Positions 8,479-18,687 of a stretch of DNA of 64,000 nucleotides are shown piece after piece. Source of the stretch: Candidatus Latescibacterota bacterium (GTDB lineage Bacteria > Latescibacterota > UBA2968 > UBA8231). The position numbers and the translations under genes were made by a program. Each line of letters begins with the position of its first letter. The stretch's first letter is position 1. The notes beneath the pieces were generated by a model. The model was not told where the DNA came from and did not search any database. It was given only the letters and a program-made list of their open reading frames with translations. Where the stretch lies: assembly GCA_965197905.1 (NCBI GenBank), contig CBDAOB010000005.1, forward strand, positions 160,001 through 224,000, read 5' to 3'.

Positions 8479-9381
8479 ATGACTGGCCGCATTCACCACC
8501 TAGCTCGCGAACATATCGTCTACACCTTCGACAAGAACCATCCGCCGGTACTGGATATCGACTCCGGCGATGTCGTCGAAATCGAGACCTATGACGCCCG
8601 CACCGGCACCGTTCAGCGCAACGAGGATTTGCTGGAGCAGCCGCATCCAGACGGCGCCAACCCTGCAACCGGACCGATTCGCGTCAGGGGGGCTGAGCCC
8701 GGGGATGGCCTCTGTGTGGAGATCATCGGGATCGAACTGGCGCCGCAGGGCTTTCTGGCCGTCAAGAAGGGCATGGGCCTGCTTGGGCACATGGCCACCA
8801 AGTTCGCCACCCGGATCGTCAACGTCGCGGACGGTCAGGCGGACTTCGACGGCATCCGGTTTCCGACGAATCCGATGGTCGGGGTCATCTCCACAGCGCC
8901 GGCCGGCGAAGCAATAACGACGCACATGCCCGCCGGCGGCAACATGGACAACCGCTACATCACCACGGGCAGCAAGGTCTATCTACCCGTGCACGTAGAC
9001 GGCGCGCTGTTTGGACTTGGGGATGTGCACGGGGCGATGGGAGACGGAGAAATCACCTACATTGGACTGGAGATCTGCGCGGAGGTGACCGTACGCATCC
9101 ATCTACTCAAGGGAGTGGGCGATCACCGTCCCCTGATCGAAACGCCAGAGTTGTGGGTTACCACGGGCGAGCACGAGAACCTTGGCCTGGCGGCTCGCAT
9201 GGCTGCCGAGGAGATGGTTGTGTTGATGCAGGAGAAAGGAGGCCTCAGTTTCGAACAGGCGTACATGCTCATGAGCGCGGCCGTCGATGTTCAGATCTGT
9301 CAGTGTTGCGAACCCGGAATATTTCCCACCACGACCCGTGCCGTGCTGCGCAAGGCACTGCTACCCTCCAAGAACGACTGA
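8479..9381 (+). CDS. Acetamidase/formamidase family protein
   Basis: NPATGPIRVRGAEPGD, GGNMDN, GDVHGAMGDGEI motifs. Confidence 0.9.
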   Translation: MTGRIHHLAREHIVYTFDKNHPPVLDIDSGDVVEIETYDARTGTVQRNEDLLEQPHPDGANPATGPIRVRGAEPGDGLCVEIIGIELAPQGFLAVKKGMGLLGHMATKFATRIVNVADGQADFDGIRFPTNPMVGVISTAPAGEAITTHMPAGGNMDNRYITTGSKVYLPVHVDGALFGLGDVHGAMGDGEITYIGLEICAEVTVRIHLLKGVGDHRPLIETPELWVTTGEHENLGLAARMAAEEMVVLMQEKGGLSFEQAYMLMSAAVDVQICQCCEPGIFPTTTRAVLRKALLPSKND

Positions 9382-9502
9382 TCGGAGCACCGACTCAAAG
9401 AATACCATGATCGACGACAAAACCGGATTCACCCGAGAGCAGCCGAGCGCAACGCCTTCGCCGAAGCCGTCAGCGAGATGAATGACAGACCCAGGTGGGG
9501 CC

Positions 9503-10339
9503 ATGATACTAACGGAACAACAAATCAAGTTTTTCGATACGTTTGGATTCCTGCATCTGCCGGGCCTGGTAAAGGACAGCGTCGAGTGGATTGTTGAAGA
9601 ATTTGAAGCAGTTTTTGAGCGAAGGACTGGGGAAGACGGCGACCTCGCCCCACATGACGGCACCGAGAGAACCTCCGTAGTGCCTTTCATCGATCAGAGC
9701 GTGAAGCTGTGCACGCTGCTCGAACATCCAGGCATTCATGGCCTGGCCGCCAGCTTGCTCGGCGAGGATTTCAATTACCTCGCCGGCGACGGCCACTTCT
9801 ACGTCGGTGATACACCTTGGCATTCGGATGGATGGCACCCCGAGGTCCGCTATATAAAGATCGCTTTTTATCTCGACTCACTCACCAGAGATACGGGCTC
9901 CATCCGCGTGATTCCCGGCAGTCATCGCATTAACGATGGCTATGCGAAACTGCTTCAGGAGTACCGGGGAAAAAGCAAGGAGATCTTTGGTATAGAAGGT
10001 CGTGATCTACCAGCCGTGGCCGTCGAAACGGCACCCGGCGATATCGTCGTCTTCAATCACAACCTGAAGCATGCATCTTTTGGAGGAAGCGGGAGGCGCA
10101 GGATGTTCACTATGAATCTCTGTGAGCACTGCGAGACAGAATCAAAGCTCGAATCCTTGAAGCAACGCATCGGCCTTCATGCGCGATACCTGAACGACAG
10201 GATGCACTCCAATGCCATGCGCGAGACAGGCCCGTCCGAACGCATGCCCCACCTGCAGCAAGTCATTGAAAACGAAGGCCACTTGCCCGAACTGGTACGG
10301 AAGGAACGGGAAAAGAGGGATGAGCTTACACGGGGATAG
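9503..10339 (+). CDS. Phytanoyl-CoA dioxygenase (PhyH) family 2OG/Fe(II) dioxygenase
   Basis: LTEQQIKFFDTFGFL, WHSD, VIPGSH, PGDIVVFNHNLKHAS. Confidence 0.88.
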   Translation: MILTEQQIKFFDTFGFLHLPGLVKDSVEWIVEEFEAVFERRTGEDGDLAPHDGTERTSVVPFIDQSVKLCTLLEHPGIHGLAASLLGEDFNYLAGDGHFYVGDTPWHSDGWHPEVRYIKIAFYLDSLTRDTGSIRVIPGSHRINDGYAKLLQEYRGKSKEIFGIEGRDLPAVAVETAPGDIVVFNHNLKHASFGGSGRRRMFTMNLCEHCETESKLESLKQRIGLHARYLNDRMHSNAMRETGPSERMPHLQQVIENEGHLPELVRKEREKRDELTRG

Positions 10340-10350
10340 TTACGCCTCTT

Positions 10351-11289
10351 CTAATCCTGCGGCCCCAGGGCAACTTCTATAGCCTCGCGGAAGTCCTCCA
10401 GGCGCATCGGTTTGTCGACAAAGTCCACGAAGCTGTGGCCTTCTGTTTCCTCGCGGCTGACGGCACCTGAGAGCGCCATTACCGGAAGTTCCGGGTGCTC
10501 TTCGCGGAGCCGATCGGCGAGTTGGTAGCCATCCATGCGTGGCATGCGGATGTCGGTGATCACCAAATCCGGCTCCACTTCCTGGATAACGGTCAATGCT
10601 TCCTCCCCGTTGCTCGCTTCCAGGATCTTGTAATCCGCAAGGGCACTCTTTACAAATTCGCGTATCGCCTGCTCATCATCCACTATCAAAACGCACAGCG
10701 ACGTTTTTTTGAACAATTCGTCGATACTCGTTCGGGCTTCGTCGCGCGACATCTGCGCTTTTTCGACCAGCAAATCCACAGAACATTCCATCTTCTTGCG
10801 GTACTCAAATACCTTTTCCTCCGAGCGCACCCGCTGTAGCAGGTAATCTCGGGTGCGGACATTATCGTTGATGATCTTGCCGGCCAAGACCTCCACAACG
10901 CTGTGGTATATTTTCAGCTTCATGCCCGGATCGTTGTTCAAGAGCGCATTGAACGATCGGCGCTCGAGAACCATCGCTTTTGAGGGTTCTACGGCCGTGA
11001 CCTGCGCCGAGCGATTCTGGCGGGTGATCAGCCCCATCTCGCCCACGGTGGTGATCGGATGTAGATCGGCCAGGCAGGCGCCGTCTTCGCTCCGTACCGC
11101 CAATTCGCCCGAGATGAGAATGAACATTTCCTCGCTGGATGAGTTGCGCGTGCAGACAATGTCACCCTGAGCAAAATTTTTCAGTTTGCAGATGTTCAGT
11201 AGTTGCTTGGTCTGTGTAGGCGACAATTCCTTGAAGATCGGAATCTTCCGCAGGGATTTCAGAAAATCACTGTTGTATTCACGGGCCAT
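10351..11289 (-). CDS. Cyclic nucleotide-binding domain plus response regulator receiver protein
   Basis: IPIFKELS, VGEMGLIT..RSA (cNMP); VLIVDDE, DLVITDIRMPRMDG, KP (REC). Confidence 0.88.
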   Translation of the reverse strand: MAREYNSDFLKSLRKIPIFKELSPTQTKQLLNICKLKNFAQGDIVCTRNSSSEEMFILISGELAVRSEDGACLADLHPITTVGEMGLITRQNRSAQVTAVEPSKAMVLERRSFNALLNNDPGMKLKIYHSVVEVLAGKIINDNVRTRDYLLQRVRSEEKVFEYRKKMECSVDLLVEKAQMSRDEARTSIDELFKKTSLCVLIVDDEQAIREFVKSALADYKILEASNGEEALTVIQEVEPDLVITDIRMPRMDGYQLADRLREEHPELPVMALSGAVSREETEGHSFVDFVDKPMRLEDFREAIEVALGPQD

Positions 11290-11407
11290 CGGTGCTGCCT
11301 TCAATTCGTCGATGCAAAACCGCATCGACGATACAATAGTAACGAAACTCGGCTATTTACGCAGATCAAGTGCATTCCGTATTCCGGGGCACTCGTAGAT
11401 TACCATT

Positions 11408-12949
11408 TCACTTGAACTCCACGCTGTAGAGCTCCGCGCAGCGCAGGCGGAAACCCAGGGAAATGGGCGCGTCACCTTCGTGACCTAGATCGGCCTCCCC
11501 TTTCCAGGTAATCTCCTTGTCGATCTCGTCCCCGACCAGCCAATCGCAGTCCTCGAAGGAGCGGCCCGGCAGTGGCTGATACTTGCTATCGTTGACCTGC
11601 ATCTGGATGCGGCCGCCGATGACGGTTTTGAAGTTGAGATGCACGCGCCGCTGGGGAATCGTTAGATGGAAGGTGCGAAAAGTGCCTTCCTCTGGCGCCT
11701 CCAGCGCAGCGAGCCTGCCTTTGGACCAGGTCGCCCAGTTGATCTTCACGCTGGGCCGCTGGCGCAGTTGTTTGTGGCCCTCCGCCGTGCCGCCGACGGT
11801 GACCCCCATGCGGTCTCCGGGCAGATTCACCAGGCCCACGCCGGCAGCCACTGTACCGCCGTCCCACGTACCTGGTTCGCCTGGGCGACAGACGGGTCCT
11901 CCGGGTACAGGGCTCCATACGACGTTGTCGGGACTTGCAGCCAGCAGAAAGGCGAAGGAGTCATCCCTGAGGCGCCAGCGCAGCGGAAACATGATGTGGT
12001 AGTCGGTGGTTCCGGGCATGATCGTCTTGCTGTTGGCGTAATACAGGTCGTACGGCTCGTTGGCTCCATTGGGCCAGAACACCTCCTCGGACAGGGGCAT
12101 GCGCCTGAAGTCGGGACTGGAGAGGCGACCGATACTACGGCGGTCGAAATAGTGACTGCGGCAGTAGGCCACATACTGCCCCAGTACCGGATCGTACTCG
12201 CAGACATTGTGCGTGTCGCTCACCTGCGAGACCAGAGGCTCCTCCAGAGGCGTCCAGTGCAGCCCGTCGGGTGAAACGGCGCCGAAGAATCCTTCCAGAA
12301 GGTCTCCATTGAAAGACTGCGCGCAGAGCTCGTCCGGACGCTCGCGCAGGTAACGCTCCTTCATCTGTCCACCCATCCGTCCGGTGTGGAACATCTTGTA
12401 ACGCTCTTCGGCAGGAGCTGACGGATCCTTGAATACAGTGGCACCGTGTAGACCGGTGGCATCGATCAGGGGCACGCCGTAAACGATGTTATTGTCTTTG
12501 GAGCCGTTGCGTTCCAATAAACTCAAAGATGGGTGGTGCCAGGTTTCGCCATCGTCGGACTCGGCATAGCGGATGTAGTCGTACCCGCCCATGCGATACG
12601 TATCGTGATTCACCATCTCCCTGGGCGCGGTTTCGTACCACATGCGGTAACGCCCTTCTTCGTGGATAACCACGGCACCCGACCAGATGAAGTCCTCATC
12701 CTGCTCGGGCACAAGAATCGGTTCGGTCTTTTGTGCCGGTTTTGCCCGCAGGCGGATGCCCAGGGGCATGTAACCGGGTTGATGCAGCGTCGGCTCGACG
12801 GGGTCGTTGGACCAGTAACGCTTACGCTCTCCATCTGCGGTGAGCCAACCGGTATGGCGGCCGGGGTGTACATAGCGCCAGTCGAAGAAGTAGATGATGT
12901 CCGAGGGCAGTTCGTAGGGCGGTCGTTTATTGCGCAAAGGTGAGATCAT
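11408..12949 (-). CDS. Five-bladed beta-propeller glycoside hydrolase-like protein
   Basis: YAESDDGETW, VFKDPSAPAEERYKM, SPDGLHW, DTHN, C-terminal jelly-roll ending LYS. Confidence 0.65.
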   Translation of the reverse strand: MISPLRNKRPPYELPSDIIYFFDWRYVHPGRHTGWLTADGERKRYWSNDPVEPTLHQPGYMPLGIRLRAKPAQKTEPILVPEQDEDFIWSGAVVIHEEGRYRMWYETAPREMVNHDTYRMGGYDYIRYAESDDGETWHHPSLSLLERNGSKDNNIVYGVPLIDATGLHGATVFKDPSAPAEERYKMFHTGRMGGQMKERYLRERPDELCAQSFNGDLLEGFFGAVSPDGLHWTPLEEPLVSQVSDTHNVCEYDPVLGQYVAYCRSHYFDRRSIGRLSSPDFRRMPLSEEVFWPNGANEPYDLYYANSKTIMPGTTDYHIMFPLRWRLRDDSFAFLLAASPDNVVWSPVPGGPVCRPGEPGTWDGGTVAAGVGLVNLPGDRMGVTVGGTAEGHKQLRQRPSVKINWATWSKGRLAALEAPEEGTFRTFHLTIPQRRVHLNFKTVIGGRIQMQVNDSKYQPLPGRSFEDCDWLVGDEIDKEITWKGEADLGHEGDAPISLGFRLRCAELYSVEFK

Positions 12950-13156
12950 TCGATCCTCCTGCTTAAGGATTCAACACATGCACAGCAGAGTAGAAACTAC
13001 CCAATAGACCAACAATCTACATTTCCAAAGGTTGACGTGAGGGTGAGTTCGTCATTGAGTACAACGGTTCTGAAAAGCCTAAATTCAGACAACTATTCGG
13101 CGACGTCTCAAGGAAGACGTGAGCAGTCCTTCCTCCACAAAAGGAGAATATTCATC

Positions 13157-13483
13157 ATGGCTCTGTATATGACGCAGTTCGGTTACACCCAAGAGGCGTG
13201 GGCGGCAATGGTTAAAAATCCGCAGGATCGCGAAGCGGGGGTCAAGGCTCTTATCGAGAAAATGGGCGGTCAAGTCCTCGGCTTCTACTATTCGTTTGGC
13301 GAATACGACGGCGTTCTCCTGCTGGAAGCGCCAGACGAAACCACGGCAGCGGCGATGCTCATGGCGGCTATTGCACCGGGCCATCTACGGGCGACCAAAA
13401 CGACCTGTTTATTTACCATGGAACAAGCCATGGAGGCGATGAACAAGGCGGGCGGCGAGGGCTACGCTGCACCCCAGGGATAA
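13157..13483 (+). CDS. GYD domain protein
   Basis: LIEKMGG..LGFYYSFGEYDGV motif; AAGGAG RBS. Confidence 0.85.
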   Translation: MALYMTQFGYTQEAWAAMVKNPQDREAGVKALIEKMGGQVLGFYYSFGEYDGVLLLEAPDETTAAAMLMAAIAPGHLRATKTTCLFTMEQAMEAMNKAGGEGYAAPQG

Positions 13484-13542
13484 CCTGCGCCAAGCCGGTG
13501 GTGCCTTTTAGCGAAGCAACGAAGTCGAGATAGCTAAGCGCG

Positions 13543-13828
13543 CTACTCCACCATCGCCTCTCGAATGCTCTCGATCTGGAATTCGCTGAGGCCGATATCG
13601 CGCACATACCCCTCGACCCCGTTGCGGCGCTCCTCCTAAAATCGATCACCGTGCCCAGACCAACAGCGCCTGCTGGGCCGCATCTTGGAGACGATGCAAG
13701 GAGCCGGAGCGCAACAGCCGGCCCCAGCGGGTAGGGCGTCAGTACCGAGTCTCGTACCCACCCAGGTCCCGGATGTTGTAGGAGCCCTCGATCTGCAGAT
13801 GACGCCTGGGATCCAGATCGTCAGTCAT
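13543..13828 (-). pseudogene. Tyrosine-protein phosphatase (IphP / Y_phosphatase3-like) remnant
   Basis: RHLQIEGSYNIRDLGGYET, GRLLRSGSLHRL, TVIDFR and C-terminal GVEGYVRDIGLSEFQIESIR in shifting frames; catalytic core missing. Confidence 0.7.
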
Positions 13829-14036
13829 TGAATCGTCCTCGCTACGGCTTCGAAAACAAACCGCGCCTTAAAAGTATGACAGCGGCAATGCCAACGCGAC
13901 GGTGAACCGCTTTCCAAAGTTGCCATGAGACGTTATTAGACAGTGGACAGCCACTTCTTGGTCTCAAAGAGAATCGGGTTCGATCAAGACCCAATTGATT
14001 CTGATATGGATAATTCCGAACAAGAGGAGTAACAAA

Positions 14037-15686
14037 ATGGACGAGAAGAGGAAAGCCGCACGGTGGCGCAAGCGGCGGATTGTCTACAACAACGACGGAC
14101 AAGACGTGATAGAGGCGCGGCCAGGAGTTGAGCATCGCCACGACATCAAATGGCAAATGCTCGTTCGCAGCAGGGGTGAGCTGGCTGATGACTTTCTCAA
14201 TGCTCGCAGCGCACCGCTGCTGGGGACGCAGGTGGAAAGTAACTTGTATTGCACTTGCAGGGGCGGACTCACCTTCTCACACCCCACGAAATTAGGCGGG
14301 TTCTACGGAAAGGGGGTTGCCCAGGAGCTCATTGACACCTACGGGCGGGACAACCTGCAGATCCAGGTGGACTTCTCTCACGAACACGGCATGGAGGCCT
14401 TCTGGTCGCTGCGCATGAATGACGACCATGATTCCTATCCCATGGGCTACCGTCACCAGCACGACCATGATCTGGCTGCCTTCAAGCGGGAACATCCGGA
14501 ATGTCTAATGGGTGAGCCGGCCGACTGGGAGAAGTATCCAGAGGGACCACGACACACCTGGTCTTCTCTCGATTTCAGCTATCCAGAGGTGCGGGAGCAC
14601 ATATTCTCGTTGATTCAGGAAGTAGCCCAGAACTACGACGTTGACGGGGTGGAGCTGGACTTCTTCCGATCCCCCCCGTATTTCGCTCCCACTCGGGATG
14701 GACTTCCGGTCGAGGAGCAGCACCTGGCGGCAATGACCGACCTGGTGCGTCGAGTCAGGAGTATGGCCGACGAAGTGGGACAACAAAGAGGACGTCCCCT
14801 GCTGCTGGCAGCGCGCACGCCGTTTACGGTTGAAGACGCGCGCTTCATTGGCCTGGACCTGGCGGAGTGGCTCGCAGAGGATCTCATTGACATACTGATA
14901 CCTGGTGGCGGTACCGAGTCGAAAATGACCGAGTCGTTCAAAGAGATCGTGGACCTGGGGCACAAATACGAGGTGCCGGTGTATCCCTGTATCGACTGGG
15001 CTGATTTTCTGTGTCACTGGGCTTTTCTCGGACTGGGAGCGGGAGAACACCGGACCTATGAATCGTGGGTGAAAACCCTGTACGGTGGACACCCGAAGGA
15101 CATCGAGAAGTCGAATTGGATCGTGACGTTCAATTCGTGGGAAGGAACAGCAGCGACATGGCGTGGCGCAGCGATGAATCTATGGAATGCAGGCGCAGAC
15201 GGGATTTACATCTTCAATGGTTTTCACAGCACCGATATCGATAGATGGCGAGAGATCGGAGACCCTGAGACGATGGCAAACAAAGACAAGATATTCGGCG
15301 TGGAGCAGTTCGCCGGAAACTCCAGCTTCAAAGACGTGCGCGAGCTGGAGCTGCAGCAAGGAGAACCGGTAAGCCTGCACTTTCAGGTGGGCGAGGATGT
15401 GGAGTCTGGCAATGCCGCCGAGTTGAGATTCCGCCTCCACCTCTGGGATCTGGCAGAGAATGACGACGTCGCCGTAACGCTCAACAACGGCCTCCTCGAT
15501 AACCTCAGACCCACCCGCCCGAACGAGGCGACCACAGGGGGACAATGGCTGGAATGCCTGCTACGTTCAGCTCAGGTCAAGAGAGGGGAGAACAGGGTCG
15601 AGCTAATGGTGAAGAAACGGGATGAATCCATGCGGACACCCCCCGTCCTGAACGCAGTTCAGTTGCATGTTCACTACGAGGGCTAG
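14037..15686 (+). CDS. TIM-barrel glycoside hydrolase-like protein (GHL10/DUF187-like)
   Basis: RRIVYNNDG, FWSLRMND.HD, LDFSYPEVREH, YDVDGVELDFFR, GADGIYIFN. Confidence 0.7.
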   Translation: MDEKRKAARWRKRRIVYNNDGQDVIEARPGVEHRHDIKWQMLVRSRGELADDFLNARSAPLLGTQVESNLYCTCRGGLTFSHPTKLGGFYGKGVAQELIDTYGRDNLQIQVDFSHEHGMEAFWSLRMNDDHDSYPMGYRHQHDHDLAAFKREHPECLMGEPADWEKYPEGPRHTWSSLDFSYPEVREHIFSLIQEVAQNYDVDGVELDFFRSPPYFAPTRDGLPVEEQHLAAMTDLVRRVRSMADEVGQQRGRPLLLAARTPFTVEDARFIGLDLAEWLAEDLIDILIPGGGTESKMTESFKEIVDLGHKYEVPVYPCIDWADFLCHWAFLGLGAGEHRTYESWVKTLYGGHPKDIEKSNWIVTFNSWEGTAATWRGAAMNLWNAGADGIYIFNGFHSTDIDRWREIGDPETMANKDKIFGVEQFAGNSSFKDVRELELQQGEPVSLHFQVGEDVESGNAAELRFRLHLWDLAENDDVAVTLNNGLLDNLRPTRPNEATTGGQWLECLLRSAQVKRGENRVELMVKKRDESMRTPPVLNAVQLHVHYEG

Positions 15687-15882
15687 ATAAGGTATGCGAT
15701 CAGACGCACCGGCACAGAAATCTGCCTGCCTCCAGTCCCGCCAGATCGGTCCCCCGCACCCAGCCCACTTCGGTACTCGGACGAGCGGGCAATTGCCTTT
15801 GTCCACCGAATGGCGCGGAAATGGATATACTGTTGGGCTTGGGCGCCCATAGCCCGTTACCCGAAAACGTGGAGGAAGCAGG

Positions 15883-16938
15883 ATGGACATTCTCGAACGG
15901 TATGTAGCTATCGACAACAAGTGCGCCTGGCCCAACCTGACCCTCATGCCGGACGGCAGCATCGTGGCGACCATCTTCGGCGAGCCCTGTCACCAGCTGT
16001 GGGAAGGGTCATCCGAATGCTGGATCAGCACGGACGGCGGCAAGCTCTGGTCTTTCCTCAGCGTTCCGGCGCACCACGAGCCCAGCCGCACCCGCGGCGA
16101 CCTGGCGGCAGGTTTGACTCACGAAGGCGCCTTGGTGGCGCTGGTCAGCGGTCGCAAATTTGTGCCGCCAACAGGTGAACTCCTCGACCGGCCCAGAGCA
16201 CCGGAAGAAATGGGCAACTATGAAGCGGCGGTTTGTCGCTCCACGGATGGGGGCAAGACCTGGACCATAGAAGGGTCCCTCAACAACTTTCCTCCGCATG
16301 TGACCAATGCCGTCCCGTTCGGGGATGTGGTGAAGCTGCCCGGAAATCGCCTTGCCGTTTCCTGCTATTCGTCGCCGCCCGACCACCTGGAGGACGAGGC
16401 CGCCGATGGCGCCTGGATCTACTTCAGCGACGATGACGGACGCACCTGGGGCGACGCGCGGCTTATCGGTGCGAACCGGTACAACGAAACCGACCTGCTA
16501 GTACTTGGCGACAGCAAGATGCTCGCCGCGAGTCGCACGACGAAAACGGGCCACACCGAGATCTTTGCTTCCGCTGACGATGGACAAACCTGGACCTGCC
16601 GCGGTCCGGTGACGGCGGCGATGCATATGCCGGCCCATTTGCTGCAGTTACTGGATCAATCGATTCTGCTCACCTACGGTGTGCGTTTGCGGGGCATGCT
16701 CGGCGTGTGCGCGATGATCAGCCGCGACGATGGAGTCACGTGGGATGCTCCGCGGGTACTGTTCAATACCAACGTCTACAAGTCGAATGCCAGCCCTGGA
16801 GGTACGGATGGGGGATATCCCTCCAGCTTGCAGCTGGCCGATGGCACTATCCTCACCGCCTATTACTGTCAGCGCATTCCGACGCACCAGCGCTATCACA
16901 TGGGTGTGGTTCTCTGGCGGGATGAATCGGCGAATTAA
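15883..16938 (+). CDS. Sialidase-like BNR/Asp-box repeat protein
   Basis: Five S.DGG.TW Asp-boxes; GYPSSLQLADGTILTAYY. Confidence 0.8.
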   Translation: MDILERYVAIDNKCAWPNLTLMPDGSIVATIFGEPCHQLWEGSSECWISTDGGKLWSFLSVPAHHEPSRTRGDLAAGLTHEGALVALVSGRKFVPPTGELLDRPRAPEEMGNYEAAVCRSTDGGKTWTIEGSLNNFPPHVTNAVPFGDVVKLPGNRLAVSCYSSPPDHLEDEAADGAWIYFSDDDGRTWGDARLIGANRYNETDLLVLGDSKMLAASRTTKTGHTEIFASADDGQTWTCRGPVTAAMHMPAHLLQLLDQSILLTYGVRLRGMLGVCAMISRDDGVTWDAPRVLFNTNVYKSNASPGGTDGGYPSSLQLADGTILTAYYCQRIPTHQRYHMGVVLWRDESAN

Positions 16939-17030
16939 TACAGGCATATTTCGATACAGGGCACTAGAGCACGTTTAATGACCTTGATGTTGGCAGATTG
17001 GGCGAGATTCTCAAAAAAGGAGGTCGAACT

Positions 17031-18608
17031 GTGAGCAACACGTGGGATGATGCGCGAGGGTATTTTCCAGGAGATTGGGTCAGACCCCGAAAGAGCACGG
17101 GGAATTGGCGTCCATTGGTCGATCTGACGGAGGTCTTCCCCGGCCATCGCTCCGTAAACCGCGGCGGCGCGTTCGAACTGTATGATGCCCCTATCGGCGT
17201 CCGCCTGGCGGTGGAGGAAGCGGACAAGTCGGATCCGCTGGAGTTCGACGGCGACGTCGATGACATGACCAATTCCCTGCAGGTGTGGCAAGCGGATAAC
17301 CGCTACCACCTGCTCTACTACCAGGGAAGACATGTCGCCTATGCGGTGAGTGAAGACGGCTACCGGTGGACGCGTCCCGCCCTGGGGATCATCGAGAAGG
17401 ATGGCTCGAAAGAAAACAACCTGGTTACGGATGTCGGCGGCGACATGCTCAAAGCGGTATTCGAGGATTCGACCGCGCCACCCGAAGAGCGCTTCAAGGG
17501 CATGGGCTGCGAGGGCGCGCGGATCAATTCCGAGACCGGCCAGGTTGTCAACCAGGGCGAGGAGGTCGATGAGGAGTACATCAAGAAGTGGTGGGCCGAC
17601 CAGGAGTATCTGGGACCAGCCTACGAAGGACCCAGACTGATTCTCAAGGGCCGGGTAGTCGGTTGGACCTCCCCCGACCGCATTCACTGGAAACGGTCCG
17701 ACCGGATTCTGGCAAACTACCCCATGGATGGAGGGCTGTCCGCCCGCTACGACGAGAGATCGGGCTACTACTACTCCTACTGTCGCATCAACGGCGTGCC
17801 CCAGGAACAGTTCGAGCTGATCGGCAGCGGCGTTACGGAAGACGGCATCTTTCACCGGGCGATCGGTCTGACTCGAACCCGGGATTTCTACGACTGGCCG
17901 GCTCCCAAGCTCCTGATTTTTCCGGATGGCCAGGACGCCCCCGACCTTTCCTTCTACGGCGGCGAATACTTCCCCTACCCGGGCGGGGATGACCTGCACT
18001 GCATGCTGGTACAGGCGTACCATCATGCGACCGACCACGTGGACAGCCAGCTGGCCGTCAGTCGCGACGGCCTGATCTGGCAGCGTCCCGAGCGCAAGGC
18101 GATCATTCCGGTAAGTGCCCCGGGTGCCTCCGATTCGGCCCAGGTCTATTCATGGGGCAGCAGCATCGCAGAATTGCCGGACGGCTACTGGGGATCCCTC
18201 TACGCAGGGTACCCCACCCTGCACAACGAACCCGCCGGTGAAGCGCACGATAAGGCCATACGGTGGGCGCGCTGGAGGCCTCACAGATTCTGCGGCATCG
18301 AGGCTGATGTAGAGGGACGCTTTACGATTCCGACGGTAACGCGGACCGGCAACCAGCTGCGACTCAACTACCGCTGTCGTCCGGGGGGGTGGATCAAATC
18401 AGAAATTCTGCGCAACATCCCCTCCCGGATTCACCCCGACATCGATCCGGTTGCCGGCCTGACCTTCGAAGAAAGCGATCTCCTGAAGGGAGATGCCGTC
18501 GACCAGGTGGTCACCTGGAAAGGCAAGAGCGATCTGTCGGGGGCGGGTGAGACGGTGGCGATCCGGCTCCGGATGTTTCAGGCAAAGGTCTTCGCGTACC
18601 TGGTCTGA
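17031..18608 (+). CDS. Five-bladed beta-propeller glycoside hydrolase-like protein
   Basis: YAVSEDGYRWTRP, APPEERFKG, SPDRIHW, SQLAVSRDGLIW; paralog of 11408-12949. Confidence 0.65.
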   Translation: MSNTWDDARGYFPGDWVRPRKSTGNWRPLVDLTEVFPGHRSVNRGGAFELYDAPIGVRLAVEEADKSDPLEFDGDVDDMTNSLQVWQADNRYHLLYYQGRHVAYAVSEDGYRWTRPALGIIEKDGSKENNLVTDVGGDMLKAVFEDSTAPPEERFKGMGCEGARINSETGQVVNQGEEVDEEYIKKWWADQEYLGPAYEGPRLILKGRVVGWTSPDRIHWKRSDRILANYPMDGGLSARYDERSGYYYSYCRINGVPQEQFELIGSGVTEDGIFHRAIGLTRTRDFYDWPAPKLLIFPDGQDAPDLSFYGGEYFPYPGGDDLHCMLVQAYHHATDHVDSQLAVSRDGLIWQRPERKAIIPVSAPGASDSAQVYSWGSSIAELPDGYWGSLYAGYPTLHNEPAGEAHDKAIRWARWRPHRFCGIEADVEGRFTIPTVTRTGNQLRLNYRCRPGGWIKSEILRNIPSRIHPDIDPVAGLTFEESDLLKGDAVDQVVTWKGKSDLSGAGETVAIRLRMFQAKVFAYLV

Positions 18609-18687
18609 GGCCCGTCACACCTGGAGGCGCTGATGAAAGCGACCATCGAACAGCAACTAGCAGGCCGGCCGCACAGCCAGCGTTTGG

